From: Nitrospinaceae bacterium
GTDB lineage: Bacteria > Nitrospinota > Nitrospinia > Nitrospinales > Nitrospinaceae
DNA: 64,000 bases
Direction of reading: 5' to 3'
Assembly (NCBI GenBank): GCA_965223665.1
Contig: OZ245011.1
Location: 3,552,001-3,616,000 of the forward strand
The first letter of the stretch is position 1; every line of letters begins with the position of its first letter. This document shows, one piece after another, positions 39,512-47,180 of the stretch. Under the pieces are notes generated by a model that saw only the letters and a program-made list of their open reading frames with translations, had not been told where the DNA came from and did not search any database. The translations under genes and the position numbers were made by a program.

Positions 39512-40630
39512 TTAAACCTCCTGTTCTCGTTTTGCTTGGGCAATTTTATATTCTTCCGGGGTGTTTACATTTGTAAAGTTTTCCCGAAGTCCTTCCGGTA
39601 CAGTTACACGTTTGAACGCTAAGTCGGAAATAATTCGGGAAAGGGACAACTCCCGACGCGACATGGCTTCAAAAAGAGGCAAAATAAATTTGGGTTCGTA
39701 GATTGCGCACATGGGTTCCACGCCCAAACGTCCTTTTTTTAAGAAACAAGTTCCATAACGAAAAGGGTCGCGTTGCTCAATAATATATTGGACGTTATTT
39801 CCATCTAAAAAGGGCATATCACAGGCAGCAATTAACCAAGCTTTATCAGGGAATTTTCCCATTAAGGTCGCTAGACCTCCTACAGGCCCCAAACCGTAAT
39901 GCTCATCATTGATACGTTCGCACTGAATGGATAAAGGTTCCAAATCCTGCTCCGGTCTGGCCGAAATGAAAACTTCTTCACAATATTTATTTAAAAGATT
40001 GACCATACGTTCAGATTCGTTCTGACCATTGTAGGAAAGTGTAAATTTTGGGCGACCCATTCGTCGACTCTGCCCTCCAACAAAAACTCCACCGTATAAA
40101 GGGGAAGTTTTGTTATAGAAATATTGTTTTACAAAGTCATAAATTTTGGTGACTTCATCTCTATGAAAATGAGGTACGCCTGCTTCGATCAATTTTTTAT
40201 TATCCACTACGCCTTGGTGAATGATGGCTTGAATTCCCTTTTGGTCATCTGGAATGGGTAGTTTTCCATTGGCATCCAAAAAAACGATTTTATCAAAAGG
40301 GGATTGTTTGTAACCTTCGATAAGGATGCAATCGCATTGCTCCAGGGCATGGGTGATAGTTCTTTTTTTAAAAGGGTTTTCAGCAACCACTGCAAAATGG
40401 GCGGGATCATTAATAGTTACGACACCCGCTCCTGCTTGAGAGCCTCTGAAAGTATCCTTACCTTCTTTATCTATTTGAAAGCGATGGGCGTCATGTTTGT
40501 AATAGCCCACACGAATTTGATCCGCTTTGAACAATTTTATTAAATGTTCCAAAATTGTCGTTTTACCTACTCCTGAAAAACCGGCAAAGCATAAGAAAGG
40601 AGTTTTAAAACGCTCCCAATATCTATCCAT
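39512..40630 (-). CDS. mobAB: MobB-MobA fusion (molybdopterin-guanine dinucleotide biosynthesis)
   Basis: N-terminal GFSGVGKTT, KHDAH.F.ID.EGKD and IEGYK (MobB); C-terminal GGQSRRMG, GPVGG, ACDMPF and NVNTPEE (MobA). Confidence 0.9.
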   Translation of the reverse strand: MDRYWERFKTPFLCFAGFSGVGKTTILEHLIKLFKADQIRVGYYKHDAHRFQIDKEGKDTFRGSQAGAGVVTINDPAHFAVVAENPFKKRTITHALEQCDCILIEGYKQSPFDKIVFLDANGKLPIPDDQKGIQAIIHQGVVDNKKLIEAGVPHFHRDEVTKIYDFVKQYFYNKTSPLYGGVFVGGQSRRMGRPKFTLSYNGQNESERMVNLLNKYCEEVFISARPEQDLEPLSIQCERINDEHYGLGPVGGLATLMGKFPDKAWLIAACDMPFLDGNNVQYIIEQRDPFRYGTCFLKKGRLGVEPMCAIYEPKFILPLFEAMSRRELSLSRIISDLAFKRVTVPEGLRENFTNVNTPEEYKIAQAKREQEV

Positions 40631-40780
40631 GGCAAATATATGTTTTAGAAATAATTAGTTTTCTGAATGATTTTTTTCAAAGAAAACAAGTTAACTTATT
40701 AAATTTTCAAGAATTATTTGTATTATTTCTAATAAGGCCTAGGGTGTCAATAAAATTTACTTTAACCAAACCTTTCCCTA

Positions 40781-40826
40781 ATGCAACGTTGTAAAATTCA
40801 TTGCAATACCTTTTTGCAATACCTTT
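40781..40826. promoter_or_regulatory. Cluster of TTGCAA-type half sites (putative enhancer), including a 13-bp tandem repeat
   Basis: ATGCAAC-GTTGTAA-AATTCA-(TTGCAATACCTTT)x2; resembles the inverted repeat at 43422-43451. Confidence 0.5.
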
Positions 40827-40913
40827 TAATTCGATCCAATAAACCTCTCATTCGGGTAGAGGCCCAACGCCAATAAAAATAGAGTGTTTCTAAGTTTTAT
40901 CTGTGATGTGAAA

Positions 40914-40930
40914 TAGGTATGAAAATTGAA
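40914..40930 (+). promoter_or_regulatory. Putative sigma54 -24/-12 promoter of nirK
   Basis: TAGGTATGAAAATTGAA against YTGGCACGNNNNTTGCW (GG-N10-GA, deviant at -12), 33 nt before the ATG. Confidence 0.4.
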
Positions 40931-40963
40931 ATAGATATTGTTTTTTTTGGGGAGAATTTTTGA

Positions 40964-41938
40964 ATGAATTTAAGACGTCTGATGATTGGAATTATAGGTT
41001 TTTCATTTTTTTGGGTAAACTCTCTTTATGCGGACTCAGTTTCTTTGACTACGGCTCCAAATGTTCCTCCTCCTCTGAGCCGTTCAGAAGCTAAGACCGT
41101 TGTTATTAAGTTTGAAGCCAAAGAATTTGAGGGCGAGATTGAAGAGGGAGTAAAATATCAATTTTGGAGCTATAATGGGACGGTTCCTGGACCAATGGCA
41201 CGCGTTCGGGTGGGAGACACCGTTGAATTTCACTTATCTAACCCAGAAAGTAATACTCAACCACATAATATAGATATCCATGCTGTAAATGGCCCTGGTG
41301 GGGGTGCGGCAGTCAGTACCGTTTCACCTGGTCAATCCAAGGTTTTTACTTTTAAAGCGCTTTCTCCGGGATTGTATATCTATCATTGCGCCGCAGGTTC
41401 TATCGTGGATCATATATCGAATGGAATGTATGGACTGGTTTTAGTGGAACCCCAAAAAGGCCTTCCCAAAGTTGACCGTGAATTTTATGTAATGCAAAGT
41501 GAGTTTTTTACGACTGAACCCAAAGATGGAGCGGCAGCATTTGATATTACCCGGGGATTAAATGAAAATCCAAGCTATGTTGTATTTAATGGTAAGAAAG
41601 ATGCGCTAATGGGAAAAAACGTTTTGAAGGCAAAAGTGGGAGAAACCATTCGGATGTATTTTGGAAATATTGGCCCTAATAGTGTTTCCTCATTTCATAT
41701 TATTGGAGAAATTTTTGACAAGGTTTTTGTTGAGGGTGGAATTGGCGGAACCATCAATACAGGAATTCAAACAACATTGGTACCATCGGCGGGTTCAACC
41801 ATAGTTGAGTTTAAAGTAGATGTTCCCGGAGCATATACTTTGGTGGATCATAGTATTTTCCGTGTTGCAAAAGGTGCCATTGGCCAATTAGTAGTTGAAG
41901 GAAAGGAAAATTCCGAGATTTATAAATCTGTAAAATAA
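40964..41938 (+). CDS. nirK: Copper-containing nitrite reductase
   Basis: Signal peptide; PHNIDIH, YHCA, HISNGM, FHIIG and VDH supply all type-1/type-2 Cu ligands and the catalytic Asp/His. Confidence 0.95.
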   Translation: MNLRRLMIGIIGFSFFWVNSLYADSVSLTTAPNVPPPLSRSEAKTVVIKFEAKEFEGEIEEGVKYQFWSYNGTVPGPMARVRVGDTVEFHLSNPESNTQPHNIDIHAVNGPGGGAAVSTVSPGQSKVFTFKALSPGLYIYHCAAGSIVDHISNGMYGLVLVEPQKGLPKVDREFYVMQSEFFTTEPKDGAAAFDITRGLNENPSYVVFNGKKDALMGKNVLKAKVGETIRMYFGNIGPNSVSSFHIIGEIFDKVFVEGGIGGTINTGIQTTLVPSAGSTIVEFKVDVPGAYTLVDHSIFRVAKGAIGQLVVEGKENSEIYKSVK

Positions 41939-41979
41939 TAAATGGCTGCACGGGAAGCCCCTCCTTGTGCATGCCGGAG

Positions 41980-42018
41980 GAAGAGGCTTGGAATTTTCCA
42001 AGTCTCTTCTCTTTTTTT
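41980..42018 (+). terminator. Rho-independent terminator of nirK
   Basis: GAAGAGGCTTGGA-ATTT-TCCAAGTCTCTTC stem followed by TCTTTTTTT. Confidence 0.8.
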
Positions 42019-42040
42019 GGTTGGAATTAATTATTGGTTT

Positions 42041-43372
42041 TTATGAAGCTTTTAAGGGAATCTTAAATTCTTTCATCTTACGCCAAAGTGTGATGCGATG
42101 AATATCTAAAACTTTAGCCGCCTGGGATTGGTTTTGACTGCATTGTTCCAGAGCTTCTAGAATTAATTGTTTGTTCAGCCATTTTCGTTTTTTCTTCCTT
42201 TTGGTCACACTTCCCTGCCAGACTTGAAGTGGCAAGGGTAAATCTTCAATTTCAATTAAGGTATTCATACATTTTACGCTGGCATGTTCTATTACGTTCT
42301 CTAATTCACGAACATTTCCCGGCCAATTATAATCCATCAATTTGCGAAGAACTGAATCGCTTAAATTTTTAATGGTTTTAGAATTATTTTGGGTCCATAC
42401 CTTAATAAAATGATCTGCCAATAGGGGAATATCCAGCTTTCTTTCTCTTAAAGGAGAGAGGTAAATAGGAATTACGTTTAGACGGTAAAACAGATCTTCA
42501 CGAAATAATCCTTTTTTAATTTGATGGGAGATATTTTTATTTGTGGCCGCCACAATTCGAATATCCACTTTTCGCGTTTTATTTTCACCCACTCTTTCAA
42601 TCTCTTTTTCTTGTAGAACTCGAAGTAACTTGACCTGAATGTTCAAACTCAAATCTCCCACCTCATCAAGGAATAGGGTACCTCCATTTGCTTCTTCAAA
42701 TCTTCCCACTCGATCTCGAACTGCTCCCGTAAAGGCACCACGGACATGACCAAATAACTCGCTTTCCAGCAAACTATCTGAAAAGGATGAACAGTTTACC
42801 TTTACAAAGTTTTGTTTAGCCCTTGGACTTTCATTATGGATAGCTTGAGCTACCAGTTCTTTTCCAGTACCACTTTCTCCTTGAATGAAAACTGTGGAGT
42901 CATAAAGAGCAACATTTTGAATGGTTTGGAATAGTTCCTTCATTGGCTGACTTTTTCCAATAATTTTTCTGAAAGAGTAATTTTCTTGAACTTTTTTTCT
43001 TAAATCCATTAACTCCGTAATATCCGTTATAGAAACCAGTACTTTGACTTGACCATTTTTATTTCTGCTTAAAAGTCCTCCCCGAAAAAGCCCTATTTTT
43101 CTTTTTCCCTCCTTAGTAAGGAAAGGAGATTGAAATTGAATTTCTTCATTTAAACCTTGTTTCACGGTGAGACACAATTCACAGTTGTTTAGGCATATAG
43201 ATTTATCAAAAATGGACACACATTTTTCCCCCAGTACACTTTCTTTTAATAAACCAGTGGTCCTTTCCGCAGCTTTGTTGAAATAAATTATTTCCATGTC
43301 CTGGTTATAAACGAATACGGCTTCATTCAAGATATTAAGAGCTTGATCTAGGCGATTTAATGGCTGGCTCAT
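42041..43372 (-). CDS. Sigma54-dependent enhancer-binding protein (Cys-rich PAS - AAA+ - Fis HTH)
   Basis: PAS domain with C51-x8-C60-x3-C64-x2-C67; [35 protein letters not shown] and WPGNVREL; C-terminal HTH. Confidence 0.93.
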   Translation of the reverse strand: MSQPLNRLDQALNILNEAVFVYNQDMEIIYFNKAAERTTGLLKESVLGEKCVSIFDKSICLNNCELCLTVKQGLNEEIQFQSPFLTKEGKRKIGLFRGGLLSRNKNGQVKVLVSITDITELMDLRKKVQENYSFRKIIGKSQPMKELFQTIQNVALYDSTVFIQGESGTGKELVAQAIHNESPRAKQNFVKVNCSSFSDSLLESELFGHVRGAFTGAVRDRVGRFEEANGGTLFLDEVGDLSLNIQVKLLRVLQEKEIERVGENKTRKVDIRIVAATNKNISHQIKKGLFREDLFYRLNVIPIYLSPLRERKLDIPLLADHFIKVWTQNNSKTIKNLSDSVLRKLMDYNWPGNVRELENVIEHASVKCMNTLIEIEDLPLPLQVWQGSVTKRKKKRKWLNKQLILEALEQCSQNQSQAAKVLDIHRITLWRKMKEFKIPLKAS

Positions 43373-43421
43373 AATAAAATTATTTAGGAAAAAGTTTTTG
43401 AATGATTTTTGGGGGCATAAT

Positions 43422-43451
43422 ATATTGTTGCAATAAGTTTTGCAACAATAT
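43422..43451. promoter_or_regulatory. Perfect 12-bp inverted repeat, putative operator upstream of the sigma54 activator
   Basis: ATATTGTTGCAA-TAAGTT-TTGCAACAATAT. Confidence 0.7.
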
Positions 43452-43523
43452 GGTGTTTTTTTTTAATTAATTTATTCTAAATTTGATGAAATTATTCTTT
43501 AAATTCGGGTTTTTTCTACTCCC

Positions 43524-44630
43524 TTAATTCATGGGTAAAGTAACAACTATTCCACCCATTACATCGAAAAGTTTATAGTTTTTTTTGGGACTGTTGGGAT
43601 GGGAATTATGACAAGTTACACATGAATCTGTTATGGCCAAATCAGGATAAACTGCCTGAAAAAATTGATTCCTTCCAACACGAATTTTTCCAATATAAGG
43701 TCTGACGGAATGGAAACTTATTGTTTCCAGCCCATTACGTTCAAACTCGTTGGCAGGTCCATTTCTCGAATTAATGGGCCATAGGCTGATTAATTGGAAA
43801 TCTAACCCCAGTTTTTTATTTCGAATAAATTCACTTGTGGTCATTAGAAATTGAGCCGGTAGCATTAAAGAGTTTTCCTTTTTCCAATGCTCCTTTGCTT
43901 GAAGAATAGCCAGGTCTTTAAAGCGATCTACTATGTATTTTGAATAAACAGTCCTGTCGGATTCCAAAATTGAATGAATGTAATCAGCTACCACTTCTGG
44001 TGGAAGGGTAATTTTGGAGTGGTCTTTTTTTTGATAACGCCTTCCCAGTGGAAAATCTATAACAATCCCTCCCATGACATCACCTAATTTAAAATCTGTT
44101 TTTGGGCTTTTGGGATGGGAGTTGTGGCATTCAATGCAGGACTCTGTTACGGCCATGTCAGGGTAAATGGCTTGAAAATACCAAAGACCTTCTGTTTGTG
44201 TGATCCAGGTAAAAGGCTCTTCAGGGTTTTTTGCAACGACTTCTAAACCTCTTTTTTCATTTTCGGAGATAGCTCGATTATTTTCATTAATTGGCCAAAG
44301 GCTCATCAATCGATACCTCATGCCTATACCGCGATTATTAGATATTTCCGAAGATTTTCGGAGAAACTCGGCAGGAAGTAACAAAGAGTTTTCTTTTTGC
44401 CAATTTTCTGAAGCGGAAATATGTTTATTTTTTTTAAGTCTATCCACAATTAGTTTGGAGTAGGTGTTTCTTCCTGCTTCGATAACTCCATGAATATATT
44501 CTGCAGCAAGATGTGCGGGAATACCTTCCGGTTTATTAAAGTGATTGGCAAAAGTGTGTGTGGTCAGGAAAAAGTTTAAATTTAAAAATATAAGAGAAAA
44601 AATTTGAAATTTTGTACGGAAAGTTAACAT
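43524..44630 (-). CDS. Periplasmic diheme protein with two tandem DUF3365/Tll0287-like domains
   Basis: Start MLTF behind GGAGGT; signal-peptide-like N-terminus; duplicated domain with SLWPIN..N, and CIECHNSHP / CVTCHNSHP each followed by DVMGGIV. Confidence 0.8.
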   Translation of the reverse strand: MLTFRTKFQIFSLIFLNLNFFLTTHTFANHFNKPEGIPAHLAAEYIHGVIEAGRNTYSKLIVDRLKKNKHISASENWQKENSLLLPAEFLRKSSEISNNRGIGMRYRLMSLWPINENNRAISENEKRGLEVVAKNPEEPFTWITQTEGLWYFQAIYPDMAVTESCIECHNSHPKSPKTDFKLGDVMGGIVIDFPLGRRYQKKDHSKITLPPEVVADYIHSILESDRTVYSKYIVDRFKDLAILQAKEHWKKENSLMLPAQFLMTTSEFIRNKKLGLDFQLISLWPINSRNGPANEFERNGLETISFHSVRPYIGKIRVGRNQFFQAVYPDLAITDSCVTCHNSHPNSPKKNYKLFDVMGGIVVTLPMN

Positions 44631-44895
44631 AGCTATTTCAACCTCCAATGAGTATGTCGATTGATTCAACCCCAATGGGAAAAAGAAAAAGCCATGATTT
44701 TCTATTGAGGTTTGCCTCAACAAAATAGCTAAAAATCTTATACAATAAAAATAATGAACCTTTTTAAATATAGGTCTTTAATTTAAATCTATCAATGATT
44801 GTGGAAAGGAACCCTTAAAAAAATTTGAATTTAAAAGATCTATAGGACAGGATTGGGTAGTGATTGAAAAGATTAATTATATTTACCGCATAAAA

Positions 44896-45573
44896 TTAAA
44901 ATTGGTATCGCACCCCAAAATTTAATTCGTGTGCCTCAAATGAAACGTCCACGAACTGCCCTCCAGCAGTAAATGGGGCAGCAGCAGTAGGTGTAATGGA
45001 GAAGTCTCCATTGGCTGTATTAAAATAACGGTAACCAAATGAAAAAATCAAATTTGGATTGCTATCAAAACTGGAAGATAACCCTCCCATAAACTGATAG
45101 GAAAAGACGTCATCTTTATCATCGATGGTTTTGATAGAAGTAGGTGTTACATCGAAGAACTTTAAATCCACTCGGGTTACTCCAGCCCCACCACCCAAAT
45201 ATATAGCAAGATTTTTATTTAATTGATGATCGTAAAAAAGATTTCCCATTATGGAGAATGTTTGCAATTCACCATTAGCTGCAAAGTTGCCTCCTAATGG
45301 GACTGGTTGATTGGATCTTATAACTCTATTTAGTTTGTAGTGAAATTCTCCTTCAGCTCGGAAGGCCCCTATTTTAAAGCCTAAAGATGCGGCAGCATTT
45401 ACATTAGACTCGAATTCTAAACTATGGGTTACACCGGAACCGGTATCCAAAAGATCAGAATCAGAAAACTTTGTCATTCCTCCATTAATTGCTATATAAG
45501 GCCCATCTGCAAATGACACTGCAGGGTAAAATCCAAAAAGGGCAACAAGAAGCACAAGGGCTGCCTTTTTCAT
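44896..45573 (-). CDS. Small outer-membrane beta-barrel protein (OmpA-TM/OmpW-like), paralog 1
   Basis: Start MKKAA behind AGGAG; signal peptide; FRAEGE, MGNLFYD, YLGGGAG, FSYQ..G and GYRYF; terminal Phe. Confidence 0.85.
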   Translation of the reverse strand: MKKAALVLLVALFGFYPAVSFADGPYIAINGGMTKFSDSDLLDTGSGVTHSLEFESNVNAAASLGFKIGAFRAEGEFHYKLNRVIRSNQPVPLGGNFAANGELQTFSIMGNLFYDHQLNKNLAIYLGGGAGVTRVDLKFFDVTPTSIKTIDDKDDVFSYQFMGGLSSSFDSNPNLIFSFGYRYFNTANGDFSITPTAAAPFTAGGQFVDVSFEAHELNFGVRYQF

Positions 45574-45742
45574 AAATTCTCCTAAGGTTATAATTAAGTA
45601 TATTAAAAATATTAATTTAATATACATTGAATGTCAATGTAGTCTATTTTGGGTAGTATTTTTAGTTGGATGGGTTGAAGGTAATCGGGGTTAAAGAGGA
45701 AATTAGGTTAAAATTATTTTTTGGTGTAGCATTATTTTTTGT

Positions 45743-46357
45743 TTAAAACTTGAGCCTGCCACCTATCAATATTTCACTGCTCCCAAATTCAGTATCTACT
45801 CTTAAACCGGCAAAACTGAATGAAGGATCCGTAGTGGATATATGGCGGTAATCCAGGAAAACGTCAACCGTTGGGCTAATGGGTTTGGATACTCCCAAAA
45901 AGAATTGATAAGCAAACACAATATCACTATCACTATTTAAGGCTCCATCCGGGGCTAAGGCCAACCTGGCAAAACCGATTCCAAAACCAACGTAAGGGGT
46001 GAATTCTTTTCTAATATTTATGTCGTAGAAACCGTTTACCATAAAAGCCAATGCACTTAATCCACTGCCAAGAGGTAACCCTGGGACCGGATCAATCGAG
46101 TTGTCTCGAAAAGAAATTTCTCCCTCTACCCTAAAATCATTTAGGAAAGTTCCCACCGCTCCACCCAGTACGTAACCGATATCTGGATCTAATTCTGTAC
46201 CTATTCTTCCAGGTACGGCGGCACCTGAAAGAATGGCATCTGAATTGGCTCTAAAGTTTGGACCAACATGGGCAGAAAAGTACATACCTTGTGCAAAGGC
46301 ATTTTTGGATAAAAATAATAACAAAAATAAAAGTAGGATCTTAGGTGCTTTTTTCAT
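45743..46357 (-). CDS. Small outer-membrane beta-barrel protein, paralog 2
   Basis: Start MKKAPK behind GGGGGA; FRVEGE, MVNGFYD, PYVGFGIG and FAYQ..G; terminal Phe. Confidence 0.85.
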   Translation of the reverse strand: MKKAPKILLLFLLLFLSKNAFAQGMYFSAHVGPNFRANSDAILSGAAVPGRIGTELDPDIGYVLGGAVGTFLNDFRVEGEISFRDNSIDPVPGLPLGSGLSALAFMVNGFYDINIRKEFTPYVGFGIGFARLALAPDGALNSDSDIVFAYQFFLGVSKPISPTVDVFLDYRHISTTDPSFSFAGLRVDTEFGSSEILIGGRLKF

Positions 46358-46477
46358 ATATCCCCCGATGGATGAAGGTGAAATTGTAAGGAGGCCTTTA
46401 TTAGAAAATATTTCATCCCATCTTGTCAATATAGAAGTACCTCTAAATGGTTATAAAAGGATAGAATAGAAAAAATA

Positions 46478-47089
46478 TTATTCGAATAGAAAACGAAACC
46501 CGCCATTGATTTGATGACTTTCAAATTCTGCTTCCATTAGGCCTGTAGGGGTCATAAACTCTGGTTCAGAAGTACCAAAATAGCGATATCCCAAAGTAAG
46601 TGAGAAACCATTCCAGACCGGAATTATGAACCCCCCACTTATCTGGTAGGCTAAAACAGTGTCATCCTGGTTTAAAAGGGTTCCAAACACCAAAGCATCC
46701 AGGTTTACTCTGGAAAAACCCACCCCTAATCCCACATAAGGTATTATTGGCCATTCCACATCAAAATCAGTCCATAAATTGAATAAAACATTAGAGGCAT
46801 TCATGGTTGACCTCCCCCCAATTGCAGGATCAAATGAATTTTTTTGAAACCCAATTTCTGTTTCCAGGCGGAGATTATTTTCAAACTTATAGCCTACTGC
46901 AACCCCAAAATTATAGCCTGGATTAAAACTTTGTTGAATAACTGCCATGGTGGAATTATTAGTGATATCAGTTGAAGGACGAACCGATAGACCAATTTGT
47001 CCGGCAATATAAATTCCCCTCTCTGCAAAAAGCACATTTGGAGAGAGTAAAGTTATTAAGAGAAAGAAAATAGGAAGGAAACGATTCAT
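46478..47089 (-). CDS. Small outer-membrane beta-barrel protein, paralog 3
   Basis: Signal peptide; GYKF, LRLETE, PYVGLGVG, LAYQ..G and GYRYFGT. Confidence 0.85.
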   Translation of the reverse strand: MNRFLPIFFLLITLLSPNVLFAERGIYIAGQIGLSVRPSTDITNNSTMAVIQQSFNPGYNFGVAVGYKFENNLRLETEIGFQKNSFDPAIGGRSTMNASNVLFNLWTDFDVEWPIIPYVGLGVGFSRVNLDALVFGTLLNQDDTVLAYQISGGFIIPVWNGFSLTLGYRYFGTSEPEFMTPTGLMEAEFESHQINGGFRFLFE

Positions 47090-47119
47090 AGAAGTAGATT
47101 CAACAATTTGGCCTTTGGA

Positions 47120-47148
47120 ATCATAAATATTAAGTTTAAGATTGTCAA
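47120..47148 (-). promoter_or_regulatory. Sigma70-type promoter for OMP paralog 3
   Basis: Minus strand TTGACA-N17-TATGAT. Confidence 0.6.
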
Positions 47149-47180
47149 TAATTTCAAAGGTATTTAAAACAATTTTGGAG

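Noticed and set aside
39058-39576. 172-aa plus-strand ORF, and similar antisense or nested ORFs (e.g. 49461-50006, 58798-59295, 59403-59822)
   Set aside because: Shadow frames of well-supported genes, with no recognisable motifs.
44631-44723. N-terminal extensions in the ORF track (DUF3365 protein, porin, OMP paralogs 1 and 2, PhnD)
   Set aside because: Downstream ATGs give proper signal peptides, most with a clear SD; coordinates were trimmed accordingly.
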